A stretch of DNA of 64,000 nt from Octopus vulgaris (Eukaryota). The DNA is taken from NCBI GenBank assembly GCA_951406725.2, contig OX597828.1, forward strand, positions 4,836,001 through 4,900,000, written 5' to 3'. A program made the translations under genes and the position numbers. Within the stretch, counting starts at the first letter, position 1, and every line of letters begins with the position of its first letter. Of the stretch, positions 24,483 to 39,565 are shown one piece after another. The notes beneath the pieces are model-generated. The model made no database searches. It saw only the letters and a list, made by a program, of their open reading frames with translations, and had not been told where the DNA came from.

Positions 24483-27400
24483 TATGCAAACACAATCAAC
24501 GTACACACATATATATATACAGATGCATATATAAATACATAAACGCTCACATATACATACACATACACAGAAACTTGTGTATGCCTCTACTTGCACTTCA
24601 ACGTGTGTGCTCATGAGTAGTGTACGAAAAATCTTATGCGAATGATACTGATTACTTCATTAAAAAATAATCTCCTTCATTTGGTATAAACAGACATTAT
24701 TCAATTATATATTTGGTCACTTAATTCACTACTCAGTATGATAACGGAAATGCATGCTCATTTTTTAAAATTCTTAATTTGAAATTTTGTTACTTGTCAC
24801 GGGAAGATGAGAATATTTTGAGATAGTGAAGTTTGTTTGTTTTTCAGACTGTTATCCAAAAAAAATTTGTAATTTATAGTAAAGCAGAAGCAGAGAGCTC
24901 ACTGACACACGTGGCAAATAGAATATTACATGGTTTATATGATAATTCAAATAACATTGCGATAAAATACAAATTCTTTTTAGATGTTTTCCAAAATGAT
25001 AGGAATATGAAGATAAAAATTGCCGACTGATTTGTTATTCAAATAATATTATTTGCATTAATGAGATGCTAAACTTTAATATCTAGGATCTATGTTAATT
25101 CATGTAAGATCTCAGTGAATGAACATGTCGCTTTGTTAGTAACACAGAAAGTGTGATACAATAGACTGTCAATACTTACAATCCCTGAGCTGCCCTTCAG
25201 TTTTCATCGGATTATCTCAAATGTTATCCAGAAATAAGCTCAACATACCTGTTTAGAAAAATGTATTCAATAGAATATTGCTTAGTGGATTTGCCCATTT
25301 CTTTCCGCTATTCTACTAACAAGTAATATTAAATTATGCCATCATTTTATGTTTATACTACACCTGAGATGATGTAGGTGAAATACTCTTGTGCTATAAA
25401 AGGCCTCAGGTTGCTGCAATGCAAATATTCACAGGATTAAGGTTTATGGTGAATCAATCACTTGAGAACTATGTATATCATCTTTATCAATAGACAATTG
25501 ACTTCAAAATGTGGGAGATATAGTGTATTGAATAATTTCCTCAATGATCTCTTCTTGCTATTGCCGCAGTTCCTATGGAATGTATATCATGTTGCAAAAC
25601 CACAATACATTCGCTAAGTTTATCCGTAAAACATAAGTGAATGAAAACACGGGTTGTATAAAAAAAAATCACTATATAAAAATTAGCATAATTTTGTATA
25701 ACAAATTTTTCCATACAAGTTAACTATGCCGTTTTGTCTCAATTAGCAAACACTAATTTCCAATTAGACATGATAATAAGGTGTTGTAAGATCCAAATTA
25801 GTATGAAAACCATGTACATTTGTCTTTTCAAATGTCTGTATTTTCTGTATTCTCTGAAATTTAATTACCGATCGATTTTTCTTTTAGAAGATAATAATAT
25901 GAATGGTATCGTCCTTAAAATTATGTCTATATAGAATCTTACACTCAAACGCATGGCATTTCAATTTTATTTCCATAAACGTATCTATACGTAGCTCAGG
26001 GACTTGCTTATTCTTTGGCAAGAATATTCTTTACATAATGATGTTTCCAATATTGACATATAATCTGTTCAACCCAGATAATACACATCACCAAACTAAT
26101 TGTCTGGATACTTATCTTAAGTAAGCACTTGCACTTCCTTAAATCAGAAGTTAAACTCCCAACAATTTAATAACAATATATTCAATATAGCCTGTGGAAC
26201 AGATTTAATCAAGCAATCAAGCAATAGGACATACACCTGAGGAGTAATTAAAGTTCATTTGCCACTTGTAGAAACGTAGGCTCCACAGAGATGATACACT
26301 TCAATAATTGTGACCTTAAACAATGATTCTATCATATTGTTCAGATAATGCACATGTTAATAAGAACTGCACCTGTCATTGCAAGGGAAAATCATTATGG
26401 AAAGAAAAGTCATTAATTTGTTTGAGAGATGTACTATTTGCGTATCAGGTTATATGTCATATGACTGTGGTGGTGATGAGAAGGAGGAAAGGTAGAGGAG
26501 AATGATGAATGGTATGAGAAGAAAGATGATGATGATAAAGGTAATAAATGTTGACGCAGCTGCAAATGATGTTTATGATAGTGATAATGACGTAGATATG
26601 ATGACAATAGTGATAATGATAAGGATGGGTGGGAGGTTAGATTCATATTCGTTGTCATCGTCATTGTCGGTCCTCAACATCACCGTTATCACCATTTTTT
26701 GTCGCAATCACAGATCGGATCAAATCTGATGGAAGTTAGAATTAAACTGGATAAAGCTATGTGCTAAGGAAACAATGTACGGTTCGCAGCGCAAGCATAG
26801 ATCAAAGAGTGCATTATATGATACTCAACAGTAATATAATGCACTGGTTTATTGCAGGTTCTCCTTGTATTCAATAAAAGACTTATAATTTTGAGGTTTT
26901 GCAATGGTTATTTAAATAAGGATTATTAAATAAATCATTATTGTATTTCTTTGAGACAGCGTATTTGGTGCGAGAAATGTGTGTATTTTATGGAACATAG
27001 GGAAACCCGTGTCAGATGATGGCACTTTAAAATATTTGATAGGAAATAGAAATTCAGTACAAGAAAAAGGAATCGATTCCAAATCTGATTACTTGTTTAG
27101 TATCTAAATTACCGTATGAACACCAAAGGCGATGCTAATGTGCGTGGTTAAATATCAAATAAATTTCTGTTTTTGTCTTATTTTACAGATAAGCTTCCAA
27201 AATAAATTTAAAATCTTTAACGTAAACTCTTCTAGTTTTAGGGAGCTTTCATGTTATTGAATGGGTTTTTAACTGAAAATGCCGCTTATATTTCCTCTTT
27301 CATGCCTGAATATTTCGTTTGAGCTAACATACATGAAAATATAATTCATATTCATAAATCACGCGGATCTCTTTAAATGAAATGGCTTTCTAGTTACTTG

Positions 27401-28055
27401 ATCCCAAATATTCCGCATGATTGGGTACGAGATGATTTGGGTTTATGTTGCTTTCTATGTGCCAGTACTTTATAGTTTATAGGCTCATGTATTGTCAAGA
27501 AGAAATAGATTTAAATGTGAGTTTGAGTTATATTTCTTTTATATATCGCTCATCTTTCTGTGCTTTGCAGTGTAAGGAATGCATTTTAACACAATAACTT
27601 TGATCTCTTCTATTGCCATGCACTATAACGCAACTTGAAATTTAATTGAATTGATATAAAAGTCCCTGCATGCCACAAAAAGCATCAACTATCACCACGG
27701 ATACAACGATGAAAGCAAATACCATCTCCAAGCAAACAATTCAAACAATTACAAACTTATTTAAATAGTTTGTATCACAGTGTAGGCTCCAACGACTATG
27801 TTAATTATTTGTTTTGATTTACGTAATACAATAATTTAATTTTTCATTATTCCCGTTTGCCATTATTATTCGTTTCTAAATTCCATTCGCACAATATAAA
27901 GGCAGGTATAAAAACTATAGCTGTTAAAATGACAAAAGCTGCGATAAAATATTTGGGGAAAAACATGAAGAAATAAATTGTTTCGGTAAATGTTACAAAC
28001 GCATCAACTCTTCATCTAACAAAACGTACATTTGTATGTTTCTCTGTAATTGCAC

Positions 28056-28086
<31 letters not shown>

Positions 28087-29451
28087 AACACACACACACA
28101 AACAAACACACACACACACACATACACACACACACATATGGTTGGATATATATATATATATGGATGTATAAAATTTAAAAACTTCCGGCATGAAATGGAG
28201 TCATGTTAAAGGATTACATTATTCAAAAATACATGTAGACACAATTTTAAAAAATAGCTGTGACTGTGTAAACATTTTCACAATTTCAAGTTGAAATAAT
28301 CATAGAAAACTTCTCAGATGAGAACAACAATAAAGCTTATTGCCTTTAACAAATATGAAACCATATAAAATATACAAAGTATTACAGCTATAATTCTAGT
28401 CCTTTTTATTTCAAGTAGATTTTTACTTTTGAATGCTATGTTTGTTTTTTCTTCCCTCATTTCTTTGATTTTCTTAAACTTTGTGTTCTCCATATGTTTT
28501 TTTTTTTTTATATATGTTTTCATCTTTGTAATGCACTTGTTTCTTTTTTTAAAAGAATTCATCTCAGACATCGATTTCTACATTTCTCTGTCTCTCATAA
28601 CAGTTGGATATAAAATTGCAGTGAGACTTTACTTTATGCTTTTTCTCAACATTTGTCCTTTTAACATTTGATGCGATCTGTGCTAATTTTATGGCATTTG
28701 CTTGCTGGTATAAGCTTCTTATCTGCATCAGTTGCTAAGCTTGAGGTCAGATATGTTTCTTCTGAATAGTCGAAGAGAGGAAAGGAAATAAAACTGATAA
28801 ATACAAACAATAGCAACATCAATCTCTGCTACAAATCTCCCTTTGTTTTATTCTCGCTCCCGCTTCCTCCATTTCAGATGATGTGTGTGTCTGTATACAT
28901 TGACATGCCGAAACATACATGTATACTTTGAAATATCAATATAGATCCATGTGAAAGCAGAGCAACAAATGGAATATACAAAATCACAACTATATGCACA
29001 GACGTGCGTTTATACACACATACATACATACGTGTGTGTGCGCGCGCCTGTGTATGTTGTGTGTGTATATACATATATGCACTGTATGCATACGCACACA
29101 AACATATACTTGTTTGTGTATGTGTGTGTATGTATGTGGAGAGAGGGAGAGAGTGAGAGAGAGGGAGATGAACATAAAGGAATACTTATTTACAAGTCAC
29201 ATGCTTAAAAACCATATGGTAGTATTACAGTGAAGGGAATCAAGTTAAAGCAACAGCGTCAAGCATAAACAGAAAATAACTCCCTCTATTAGAACATATA
29301 ATGACATTAAACATAAACAGAGTTTAATCAAAACAAAAATATTTAGCTACGTTGTATCGTCGAAAAAATAAAGCGGGTTAAATTTAGGCATGTACATACA
29401 CACGCACATACAGACATGTAAAGAAGCATGTATATATACTTATATATATAT

Positions 29452-29529
<78 letters not shown>

Positions 29530-29989
29530 GTGTGTGTGTGAGTGTGTGCGTGTGTAGTTTGTAAATAGAGGTCGTAACGACCTCTATACAGGTTTAAGAT
29601 AGGTAAGACGATTATACCGTTCAATAAAAGCACGATAACTATAAAAAATGCAAAAGCATTTTTTTGACAAAAAAAATCTAGCTTCAAGTACAGATAAGAT
29701 TTATTTTAATCTATATGTTAAAACTATATGTATTTAATGGTATTGCAAAATAAATTAAAAAAAAACTGCTGACAAACAAAAGATATAAGAAATCAACATA
29801 AACCATTCTGCAGGTCTCGTATATATCTCTTTTGTCATCAAACATGCGTCATACTTGACACATTGCACCTTTCTTCGTTCCAGTATGTCTATCTTTGTCT
29901 TCTTAATAACCACCTAATTCTCTTGCTCTTTTTCTGTCATTCTGGAAAATGTTTATTATTGTTAAAAATGATAACTATTTTGTTACTCA

Positions 29990-31372
29990 AAACACACAAC
30001 ACAAGGTTTTTAGCAGATGGCATATCAATAAGTAACTGTTTTTAAGCTAACGGAATCGAAGGTGCCATTTATTGACAATGTGACGAAGTGACGCTATAAG
30101 TCCAGTGAACCTTGTTTGTGTAAGAACGGTGGATTAATCAGTATCTCTTTCCCTGTTGTAGACTATCCGTTTCAAACCACGCTCGGTATTTCATCGGTGG
30201 TGCTTTGGAAGTTAGCGCACAACATCCACATTATTTTGCACAATTTTCAATGTCCCAGTCCATTGTCGGCCAATATACATGCATCTCAATAAGGCTTTCG
30301 TTCTCGACATTCCCGATTGTCCACTGTAGAATTCCTTCTATACTAGTTTCTGTAGAGCAGTTGCTATTGCCACTCTTTGCGCGTACATTAAAGCATCGTC
30401 GCATAGTGAACCATTATTCGAATTTGTATTTTTATTTTGCTCACTTTTCAACACATCTTTCATTCTTGTAATGTAATTATCCTCAGTGGATTTCATTTTT
30501 ATATCACGGGCTTTGAACGGCAGTTCGTTAATTTTTGCTTCAATTCAGATGCTGAGTTCTTTTCAGTGGTGGGGCAGCCATTTAATTATTTACACTACCG
30601 GCTTAATGAGAGACCCCATAAGTCAAATAACTCTAACCAGTCAGTAGTGCTAAACAGACTGGATGCGTTTCTTAGGAAGAAAACTTTCGCCTTGCAAGTT
30701 TTTCTTCGAAATGTGACATCATTCCATATTTCACCTACAAAATGTAGTTTGTCACATCACATACAGTTTACATCACGTACATTATACAACACGTATCTGA
30801 TTGAAATGTCACAGCCAGTATACAGCTGTAATTTAATATTTACTCCGTTTAGTTTTACACTTCCTAATTTCCTTATTTGGGAGTAATTTTGGTGTAACTT
30901 TCTGGTGAGAGCACGTTAGAATTTTTTGTTCTGCAGTGTGAAATCTTGTGCCAAATGTTTGACAACTGTAACATTTTTGGGTTTTAAAAGGACAACGTTC
31001 CTGAAATATAAGCCTCCACATCGATTAGGATATAGCAGCCTACTTTCTCGGTCGACATATCTGTATTTCTGCGAAATCCATTTCTTGAATTTTACTTACG
31101 TCTTGCACTCTTCTGCAACAGTCTGCACGATAAAATCTTAGTTCGCTTGTAATGAAAGAATTATTGACCGTATTTCTGTATCTTCTTTTGCTGTAAGACC
31201 TTGTACAAAAATGAGGCACTTAATCATCTCAGGTGTAGGCTCTTTAAATCTAAAACTTCACACATTCTGTTGGCTGTTCCAGCATACGTAATAGAGTCAA
31301 CATCCTCTTTTTTAGTTAAATTCCAGCACTCAATTTGAATGTGTTTTTTAGCAGCTAATATGTCTGCCATCA
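29990..31372 (-). mobile_element. Ty3/Gypsy LTR retrotransposon internal relic (gag, zinc knuckle, protease, integrase zinc finger), internally deleted
   Basis: MIKCLIFVQGLTAKEDTEIRS (gag), ERCPFKTQKCYSC (knuckle), LQLYTGCDISI at ~30800-30832 (decayed LDTG protease), DWLELFDLW, HVYWPTM. No LTRs seen. Confidence 0.75.
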
Positions 31373-31479
31373 TTTAACAAGTTGTATCACAAACGGATTG
31401 CTAAATAACCTACGTGAGTTTCAAAAACCTCGGAGCCAAATGTTGAATCCACCGCATCCAAATGTCGTGGTACAGAAAG

Positions 31480-31748
31480 ATGAAAAGTGTTTGAAAACTT
31501 TGAGTAGGCTTCTGAGCAGGTATCGCCAAGGTTTTGACAAAATTTGATGCAGATGCTCGACTCAAATTTCTGTCAGATTTCTCACGTTCCTTTCAAGAGT
31601 TACTGTAAACAGCGGAATTGTGCCAGAACGTTACAAGTTGGGCATGCACAGCAGAGTTGACGGTCGGTCTGTGCCACGCAGCTTCACGCTGCTTGCCTTA
31701 GAGTCGTCACTATGACAACAGCCCGTATACTTATTGATCAGACCGCCT
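31480..31748 (-). mobile_element. Mariner transposon 5' end (TIR region plus transposase N-terminus)
   Basis: Minus strand begins GGTCTGATCAATAAGTAT (mariner-like TIR) and encodes ICIKFCQNLGDTCSEAYSK, resembling the mariner N-terminal R..IKFC..LGK...ET pattern. Confidence 0.7.
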
Positions 31749-31873
31749 TTGTGTGTGTATATATATATGTGTGTGTGTTGTGTGTACGTGTGTGTGTGTG
31801 TGTATACCACGTATATATATATATATCATACATAATATATGCATATACGTACATAGATACATAAAGACATAAC

Positions 31874-31908
<35 letters not shown>

Positions 31909-31914
31909 GACCAT

Positions 31915-32020
31915 GCAATGATGACAGTCAAACTTTACGTCGTCGAAATTTCAAAACAGAGCGCAGATAATCGGAACAAATATTGCTAGACATTTTGTCG
32001 AGTACTGCTTCTGAACCCCG
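31915..32020 (-). mobile_element. Highly degraded SINE family A fragment
   Basis: GATGACAGTCAAACTTTACGTCGTCGAAATTTCAAAACAGAGCG aligns to GATGAAAGGCAAAGTCGACCTCGGCGGAATTTGAACTCAGAACG. Confidence 0.55.
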
Positions 32021-32106
32021 GCTAAGTGTATAGATGTGTACACACAACACAAACAAACACAAACACCCTCTTTCCCCTCTCTCCCTTTCTCTCTCTCTCT
32101 CTGTCA

Positions 32107-32139
<33 letters not shown>

Positions 32140-32567
32140 ATACACACACATAAACGCACGGACTCGCGCGCGTGCACACACACACACACATACACAAGCA
32201 TGAACATACTCATCTACACAGTTGTGTGTTTTTGCGTGTATCAATACATATAAGTGTGGGTTGCGTGACATGTCTGTGTCCCAGCACGTATTTGAGAAGG
32301 GCAGTGTATGTAGCTAATGTATTCAGCTGTATCTAAATGTAACTTCTAGGCAATCGTATTGCATTTATATATAATTTATTTCATGTGAAATAACCTTAAT
32401 TGCCTAGACAGATATAATTGTTAAATACATTATATATTAGTGTGAATGTATCCATCTCCGTGCGTATATTTGTATGCAAGTTTACATACATGAATATATA
32501 TACATACATTCACAAACACACACGTACACACACGCACACACACATACACACGTACATGGATATATAT

Positions 32568-32607
<40 letters not shown>

Positions 32608-32829
32608 GCATACATACACACATACATACTCAAAATTGTGTACACGAACTTAGAAGGTTAAGAGTATGTATGTATACGAGTTTTCTGACGCTATATATAT
32701 ACAAACGTAAATCTCAAATATGTAGAAGAAGGAAATGTTAGTAAATTAGATATATTTAATAAAGTGCATATATATTTAATAAGTGCATATGTACAAAGAA
32801 TGATAAATGGTTGTTGTCTAATTGTTGTT

Positions 32830-33480
32830 ATAAGGGATACATTAATATAAATAAGAGAACGATGACAGAGATTGTTAGTTTTATTATTTATGGGTCGATT
32901 GTCGTGTTTGCGGGTAGGGTGTTTGAGCAGGTTAGAGGAATTCCGGTGGGGGCAATTGTAGCTCTCTATTGGCGGACCTTTATCTTTCTTCCTGTGAGTT
33001 CCCTTTCCTTAAAGACCTATGTGCGAGAAAAAAAAAACTTGGTTTGTTTAAACAACTTAATGGATGTTGCAGATACTTAGATTATATATTTATACTTAAT
33101 TATGGTTTCTTTGCATTTTTTACTTATTTAGATATACCCTAGTGAGCTTAAGGCCACTAGAAATGGTGATAATATAAAGAATATCAATTATTTAGATGTC
33201 AATTTAATAATTGAGGATAATAATGAGATATGTTCTGACATTTATAATAAAACAGAAGATTTTGGTCTCCAAGTGGCTTCAATACTACGATTCAGTATTA
33301 GTATTCATTCTTTTATAGGTTATGGTGTTTTTTCAGGCCAGATTGACGTTATTATAAATAATACTAATACAGTTTTGGAAAGAATAAATAAATTAAGACA
33401 TTTAGTAGAACACGGCTATAGATATTGCGATTTGTTAGTACGTTTAATTACTGTTTAGGTGAGAGACTGAAAATTTTATA
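32830..33480 (+). mobile_element. Penelope-like RT fragment of a second lineage (Naiad/Chlamys-like, tentative)
   Basis: FAGRVFEQVRGIPVG, RYLDYIF, DIYPSELK, INYLDVNL, DIYNKTEDFG, YGVFSGQI resemble the PLE pattern GIPMG...RYIDD...IYP.EL...YLDL...YDKRDDF...YGVYISQL. Confidence 0.7.
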
Positions 33481-35384
33481 TAAATATGGTGTAACATCTA
33501 GCCTTCGACTTTGTAAATATTTGATGTTTTGGATTGTAGGCTGTCCATGTTTAGACTGTTTACAAGTCACTTTAATTACATACTTCGCACCAAAATAATT
33601 AAAGAGATTTGAGAAAGTAACTGACTGAAACCTCGTGTATCCAGATAACGTGTTAGTGGTAATACTTTACATTTTATATTATCTTTTAAACAATTATATA
33701 CTTAGCTTTAATCGTAACAAGGTTTTTAATAATAATTGTTAATTACAGGTATTCTTTTATTAGTTTCTGATTTAATAAGGATATTTTAGTATTATCTATT
33801 AATTTACCGGTATAAGTTTAACATTGAAGCATGTAAGGATAGCGAATATCTAATACGTATGGAGTGTTTAAATAATCAACTTTTGGGTTTTATACTGGTG
33901 TAATTCAGCCAGAATTAGTTACATTATTAGTTAAGTTCAATCGAATTTGTTTTGTTTTTGAAAAAAAGAAAGTACATAAAAGCTTTCACTTTTATATGAA
34001 TAACTATGGAATACTGATGGGAATATTATCTGTATGGACTTCGAGGGCTAAGTTGCTATTTAGCTAGATAATTTAGGAGTTAGGTATAGGTTTGCCTATA
34101 AAATCAATTTACCGATACTGTTTTTGTACATAGGGTAAATGTATTTTTTTGTTGTAGTTTGATTAATAATATTAGTGTTTAAACCTTCCTAGAATTAAGA
34201 TTGAATGAATGTATGTTTGTTCCCAAACAACACTTATTTTAGTGATGTTGACACCGCCGGTTTGAATGGCATCTATTTGATATATGTAAAGAGAGTATCA
34301 CACAATTATATTGAAAAGAGAGAGATGGATATAAATATTGGAAATATTTTTATTGAAAACAATTTGCACATTTAACTGTAGAGTACACCCATACAGTCTA
34401 CTTTTAAGTAGATATATTTGTAATTCCATTTATTTGCTTATGTACACAGTGGAAAGGCATTAACAATAAAGTATAATGTTGCTCTTGTTTAACACAATAT
34501 CAACGTAGATTGAACAGTTCTCTGATCAGAGTTTTCTGCATAATTTTCAAAATATACTTATTCTTCTAAATTATACATGTATTTTGGAAGTGGAACCAAA
34601 TTTGGTGGTTAATTGTTATAAGGTTGGATAAGTGTCAGAGCATTCTTTTAGAAACTCCTAAATCTTATAAAAGCGAGGAATATCTATTAGTTTGCTATGG
34701 ATATTTTAAAATGTCTTCAAGTAAGCCATTTCTTAATTTAGACCGCATATACATTCAATCTAGATGTTTTCTGATTAGGTCAACTCGCATTCAACATAAC
34801 AATGAACGAAAGCATATATTTATAGCTTAAGGGTTATAGGGAATGATTCTGAGGGAGATTTGGTTACTATCTCTTGCAGTTATGTGACCACTTCAAGTGC
34901 ATTTTGCCAATTGGTTTCTTCGGTCAGCACGTTGAGAATTAATCACTTATAGAGGCATGCTTGTCTGTATAGGTCAATTTAGGTAGCAGAAGATACTTTC
35001 AGGAAAAGAAAAACAGCTCACTAAATACAGATATGGCTGTGTATGATAAAACTGATATTGAGTTGAAAACTTCGACTGAATAATTACCGTTGAAATTTGC
35101 TTATACAACCGTTCAAAAAAAAAAGTTAAGAAATCTCAAGCAAGATCGATTAACGATTTTTGAAAAATATAAACATACAAACATTGAAACATTTGTTCGT
35201 AATCGCCAATATTAATGCTCGCAACTATAGTCGCCACAAACCGTCAAAATAATATTTGAACGTGAAGCAATCCAACGTCACGACACAAAGGAGATTGACT
35301 CAGTGCAACAGATAGCTAATACAACCCGAACTACTTTGTTTTTACTGGATTCAGTTATTGTGCTGAGAGTATGCAGGGGTAGCA

Positions 35385-35520
35385 TTTTAGTCTAGTCAAA
35401 CAGATCGACACTTGTACATGTTTTTGATCCTGGCACTTCTTCTGTCGGTCACTCATGCCGAACTACTAAGGTAAGGGGACATAAAGGAACCAACACCGAT
35501 TGTCAAGCGCTGATGGAGAA
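35385..35520 (-). mobile_element. SINE family B, 3' part
   Basis: Reverse complement of 41095-41215 (ACACCGATTGTCAAGC, GGGGACATAAA, TCTGTCGGTC). Confidence 0.65.
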
Positions 35521-35559
35521 CAAATATAACATAAATACAAAGTCACACTCACACTCACA

Positions 35560-35810
<251 letters not shown>

Positions 35811-38800
35811 TCCTAACAATCATGTGTAAAGCGTGAGCATATCCGTACTATATGATGTTAATCGCTTTGATAAGTACAAAAACGTCCGTTTCAAATCCTG
35901 ATAAAAAAAATTGAGAATTTAAGAGGGAAAATTAACATCTAAATTTATGTAATACTCGATCGAGCTATTCTTTAACATAACTGGAAAGAGAAAGTAATTT
36001 TTTGTAGAGTAAAGTATTCACGTTGTAGTTCTAGCTTCTACACTATCACGCATAGTATTATGAGAAAACACATGGATAGTATATAACATTTTCATGTCTA
36101 TGTATCTGTGCAAGAGTGTAAAATATGAAACGTTTTTGGTAATACATACAAGAAGTTGTAGCAGAACACAAATTAATTTATTATGCGTATATATAGCTGG
36201 TCAACCATTTCTACTATCATTAATATAATTATGATAATGATAAAGACAAATTTGACTTTAAAAACAAAATAAAGCCTTTCTACAAATCCTTTGCTTAGTA
36301 CTATGGGGATAACCCTTTCGAATTAAATATTATCATTACCATCTTGTCCCTTATAACAAAATCTTGGAATGGATATTATAAATATTCGTGAATCTGAAGA
36401 TAACGCAAGTTCACTTCTATAAGACCAGTAATCAATATCAAGTTGATAGTGCTTCAAACCATTTCTTTTCTTCAAGTGTTAATCATGTATTAGAGGAAAT
36501 TTAATTGGAGACCACCATTTGATATCAAGAGCATGGTTATTCGAAAACTATAGTCTTTTGCATTCCAAACTGTACCCAACCTAACATTCTCAGTCACCAC
36601 TGTTTTGCTTTGATTGATCACAAAGAGGATTTTAATGCGACCAGCTTATTAGTTTTATTTACCCTATAAATTTTGCCTGAGGTTGAAATGAATAAAATAT
36701 TTGTATTTTGGTCAAACGAAAATTAATGAAAGAGCTTTGTTTCCTCATGGAAAAATACATAATGACATTTACAAATTTGTTTAATAATATTTGAATTAAA
36801 ATGTGCTATTATTTCGCAGTTTGGTACTAAGGATTATTTGGCTTCACAATCTGCTTTGCAATTACTGAAGACATAGTGTTTATACACCAGGGGAAAAATA
36901 TCTACTAATTTAGAATATTTCAAGAGTGATCTCATCTTACAATCGAAGAAAAATTATCAGCTTACATATTTCCTTTTCGATCAAAAAATCATCTAAAATC
37001 ACATTTGATATGGGTATAACTACAAGTATTCTGCTAAACTAACTGATCTATTGATAGTGCACGTTTTAATAACTTCATACAATACTGTAGTAGTGAATCC
37101 TGATAAAGCATTGATAGATCAACTAACTGTAATACAAATCATGACGTAAACTAGGAAAGTATCGATATTTAAATCATATGACTATCAATTACTGGAGTTT
37201 CCAGCATTACTATAGTTATCCTTTCAGACTTAAAAGAATGACACGTTAAATTACATAAGACCTCTTTCTAGGTATCCCTAAAACGTAATGAGGAATTTAC
37301 TTCGGAATGTTTCACTCGGGTTATAAAACGTTTATGTCATGAGAATTATGAAGAATTAGTCACCGATTGATAATTAAGTGTTCATACGATATGAGTTCTT
37401 TAACAAATATTTCCTACATCATTTGGGAATAATACGGAATTCAAAGATACAACTCTATGACGTACACGTTACGGTGTACGTCATATAATAATCTTCGCAG
37501 TAATTAAATTTCAAAACAAGAAAAACACTGCTATCTACCTATACCAAGCCTAGCCTAATTATAATTTATCTAACATGCCTAAATGAAATTTAGAAGGGAT
37601 AGTGAGTTTTTTTTTAATTGTAATATCCAACGGAATATCCTGTGCATTATAACTGCCTATTTATGCAAATGTTTAGGAAAACACTTATCCTGACACATCA
37701 CATAAAAAGTTTACTGCTACTAAGCTGCCATTCCATTCTCACAACAATTACTACGGTCAATTAAATAACACAATATCAGTTTCAAGATATACGAAATATA
37801 AATCACAACACAACCTTTGATCTAAAAGAGATTACATTGAAGCCTTTTTATGGAACTCACGACGCTTAAAACACTTACTGACACCACAGATTGGATGTAT
37901 TTGTATTTTCTTTTTCCTTATGACAAAATTGTTCTATAAACTTTGATGGCGGAGAAAGAATATTCATTAATACTATCATCGTAATCATTGTCATCGCTAT
38001 CAGCACAACACTTCATACAGTCACAATGTTGGCAACCATTACTTTCTTGGCCCCCATTAGCACCACTTTCTTTCAAACTGTTTACAATTTTTATCACCTG
38101 GAAATAAAAGTATATTTAATATCGATCTGTGGGGCACAGTAAGTCTTTCAAGGGGCGAGAGTTCTATCAGATATTACTACCGGAATTAAAAGAGGCAAGA
38201 GGCAAGCAGTTGTTCTGCTTCAGGGAGGGAATATATTGTACTGTGACACAGTGTTTTTTTTTTCTGTTATGTCTTTACATACGTTACAGTGTACTTTAAG
38301 ATTTCACTGCCATTTCAAGCAAGTCAATAGACATCGTAAAGGTTTCGTTGTGCCGCATCAATGCTGTTCTTATAGAGGCAAACAATTATGCCTTCCGTTA
38401 TGTCGGCAATGGAGGTTTCTGATTGGCTAAAACTACTTCATTCTAGATTCTTCTAATTTTTTATGATGTCAATTTCTAGAAAAAAAAATTGAAGATAATT
38501 TTCGACATCAGTATGCAAATCCTACATTAATGTAGAAAATTTAAAAGAAAAAAAATCTGCTGCAAATGTAGAATACTTCAAGTAGATGGAAGAAATCTAA
38601 CAAGATCCTAATTTATTTATATACTTAATGCTTTCTTAGTCTAATAGTTTCAGACGAGATCTAAAGGAAGGAAACCCGACAAGTCTTCTAGTCTTGTGAG
38701 TCGCAACTTATACATTCATCTCTATATCCTTGTTATATAACTGAAACCAATAGAATGCACAAAATAAAAATAAGCAACATGTCACTCCAATCGAATAGAC

Positions 38801-39565
38801 AGACATATCAGCTGATATCTGACAGCTTAACGATATTTTAGTAGCTGAATCTTGCTATATTTCAGCAACCATTCATGCAGTTATTACCGTGAAATAGTGC
38901 GTATCGGTGTTGTACCAGATAACAAACATGTATAAATGCATATACACACATACACACATGCAAACTATACAACTAGACTCTTTAGCTGTGAATTGCTATA
39001 CAAGAATATGATGAACAATATGTATGGTAAATGTGTGGATTTGGACAATTGCTTGTAGCATTGGAAACATTTCAGCAACAAAGCAAATTAAAAAACTAAC
39101 AGTATGGAAGAGCATCCGGAATATAATTATTCTCTTTACATTGTAAGTAAAGTTAGCACTATTTGGACGAGGGACACATATTTGTTTTTTCTGTTTTCTT
39201 TTTCTTTGCTTTTCACTGTGTTTTTTCCTTTCTTTGTTGCTGAAAGATGCGTTCGGAATGTCGACATTCTATTTTGTAGTTCACTGTTTGTTTTCTTAGT
39301 TTTTTTTTCACTGCTATGTTTTTTAAGTGTCACTAACCATGTTGACACAGAGAGCTAGATTGTTTTAACTGCATTTTACGTCATTTTCTTCATCATCCTA
39401 AACATTACCATCGTCGTCGTCGTTGTTATCATCCTCAGCATCCAAATCATTATCTTTCCTCTCATCCCCGTTATTCCCTCATCATCGTGGTGGTGGTGGT
39501 GGTGGTGGTGGTCATCATCATCATCATCATCAAAAACCGGTGAGTTGGCAGAATATTATGAGTTG

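Noticed and set aside
25394-25426. TATAAAAG followed by the octamer ATGCAAAT
   Set aside because: Both motifs are common in AT-rich DNA, and no downstream exon or ORF is evident.
31918-32014. ATGATGA...CTGA spacing resembling a C/D box snoRNA
   Set aside because: There is no terminal stem, and the sequence aligns to the minus strand of SINE family A.
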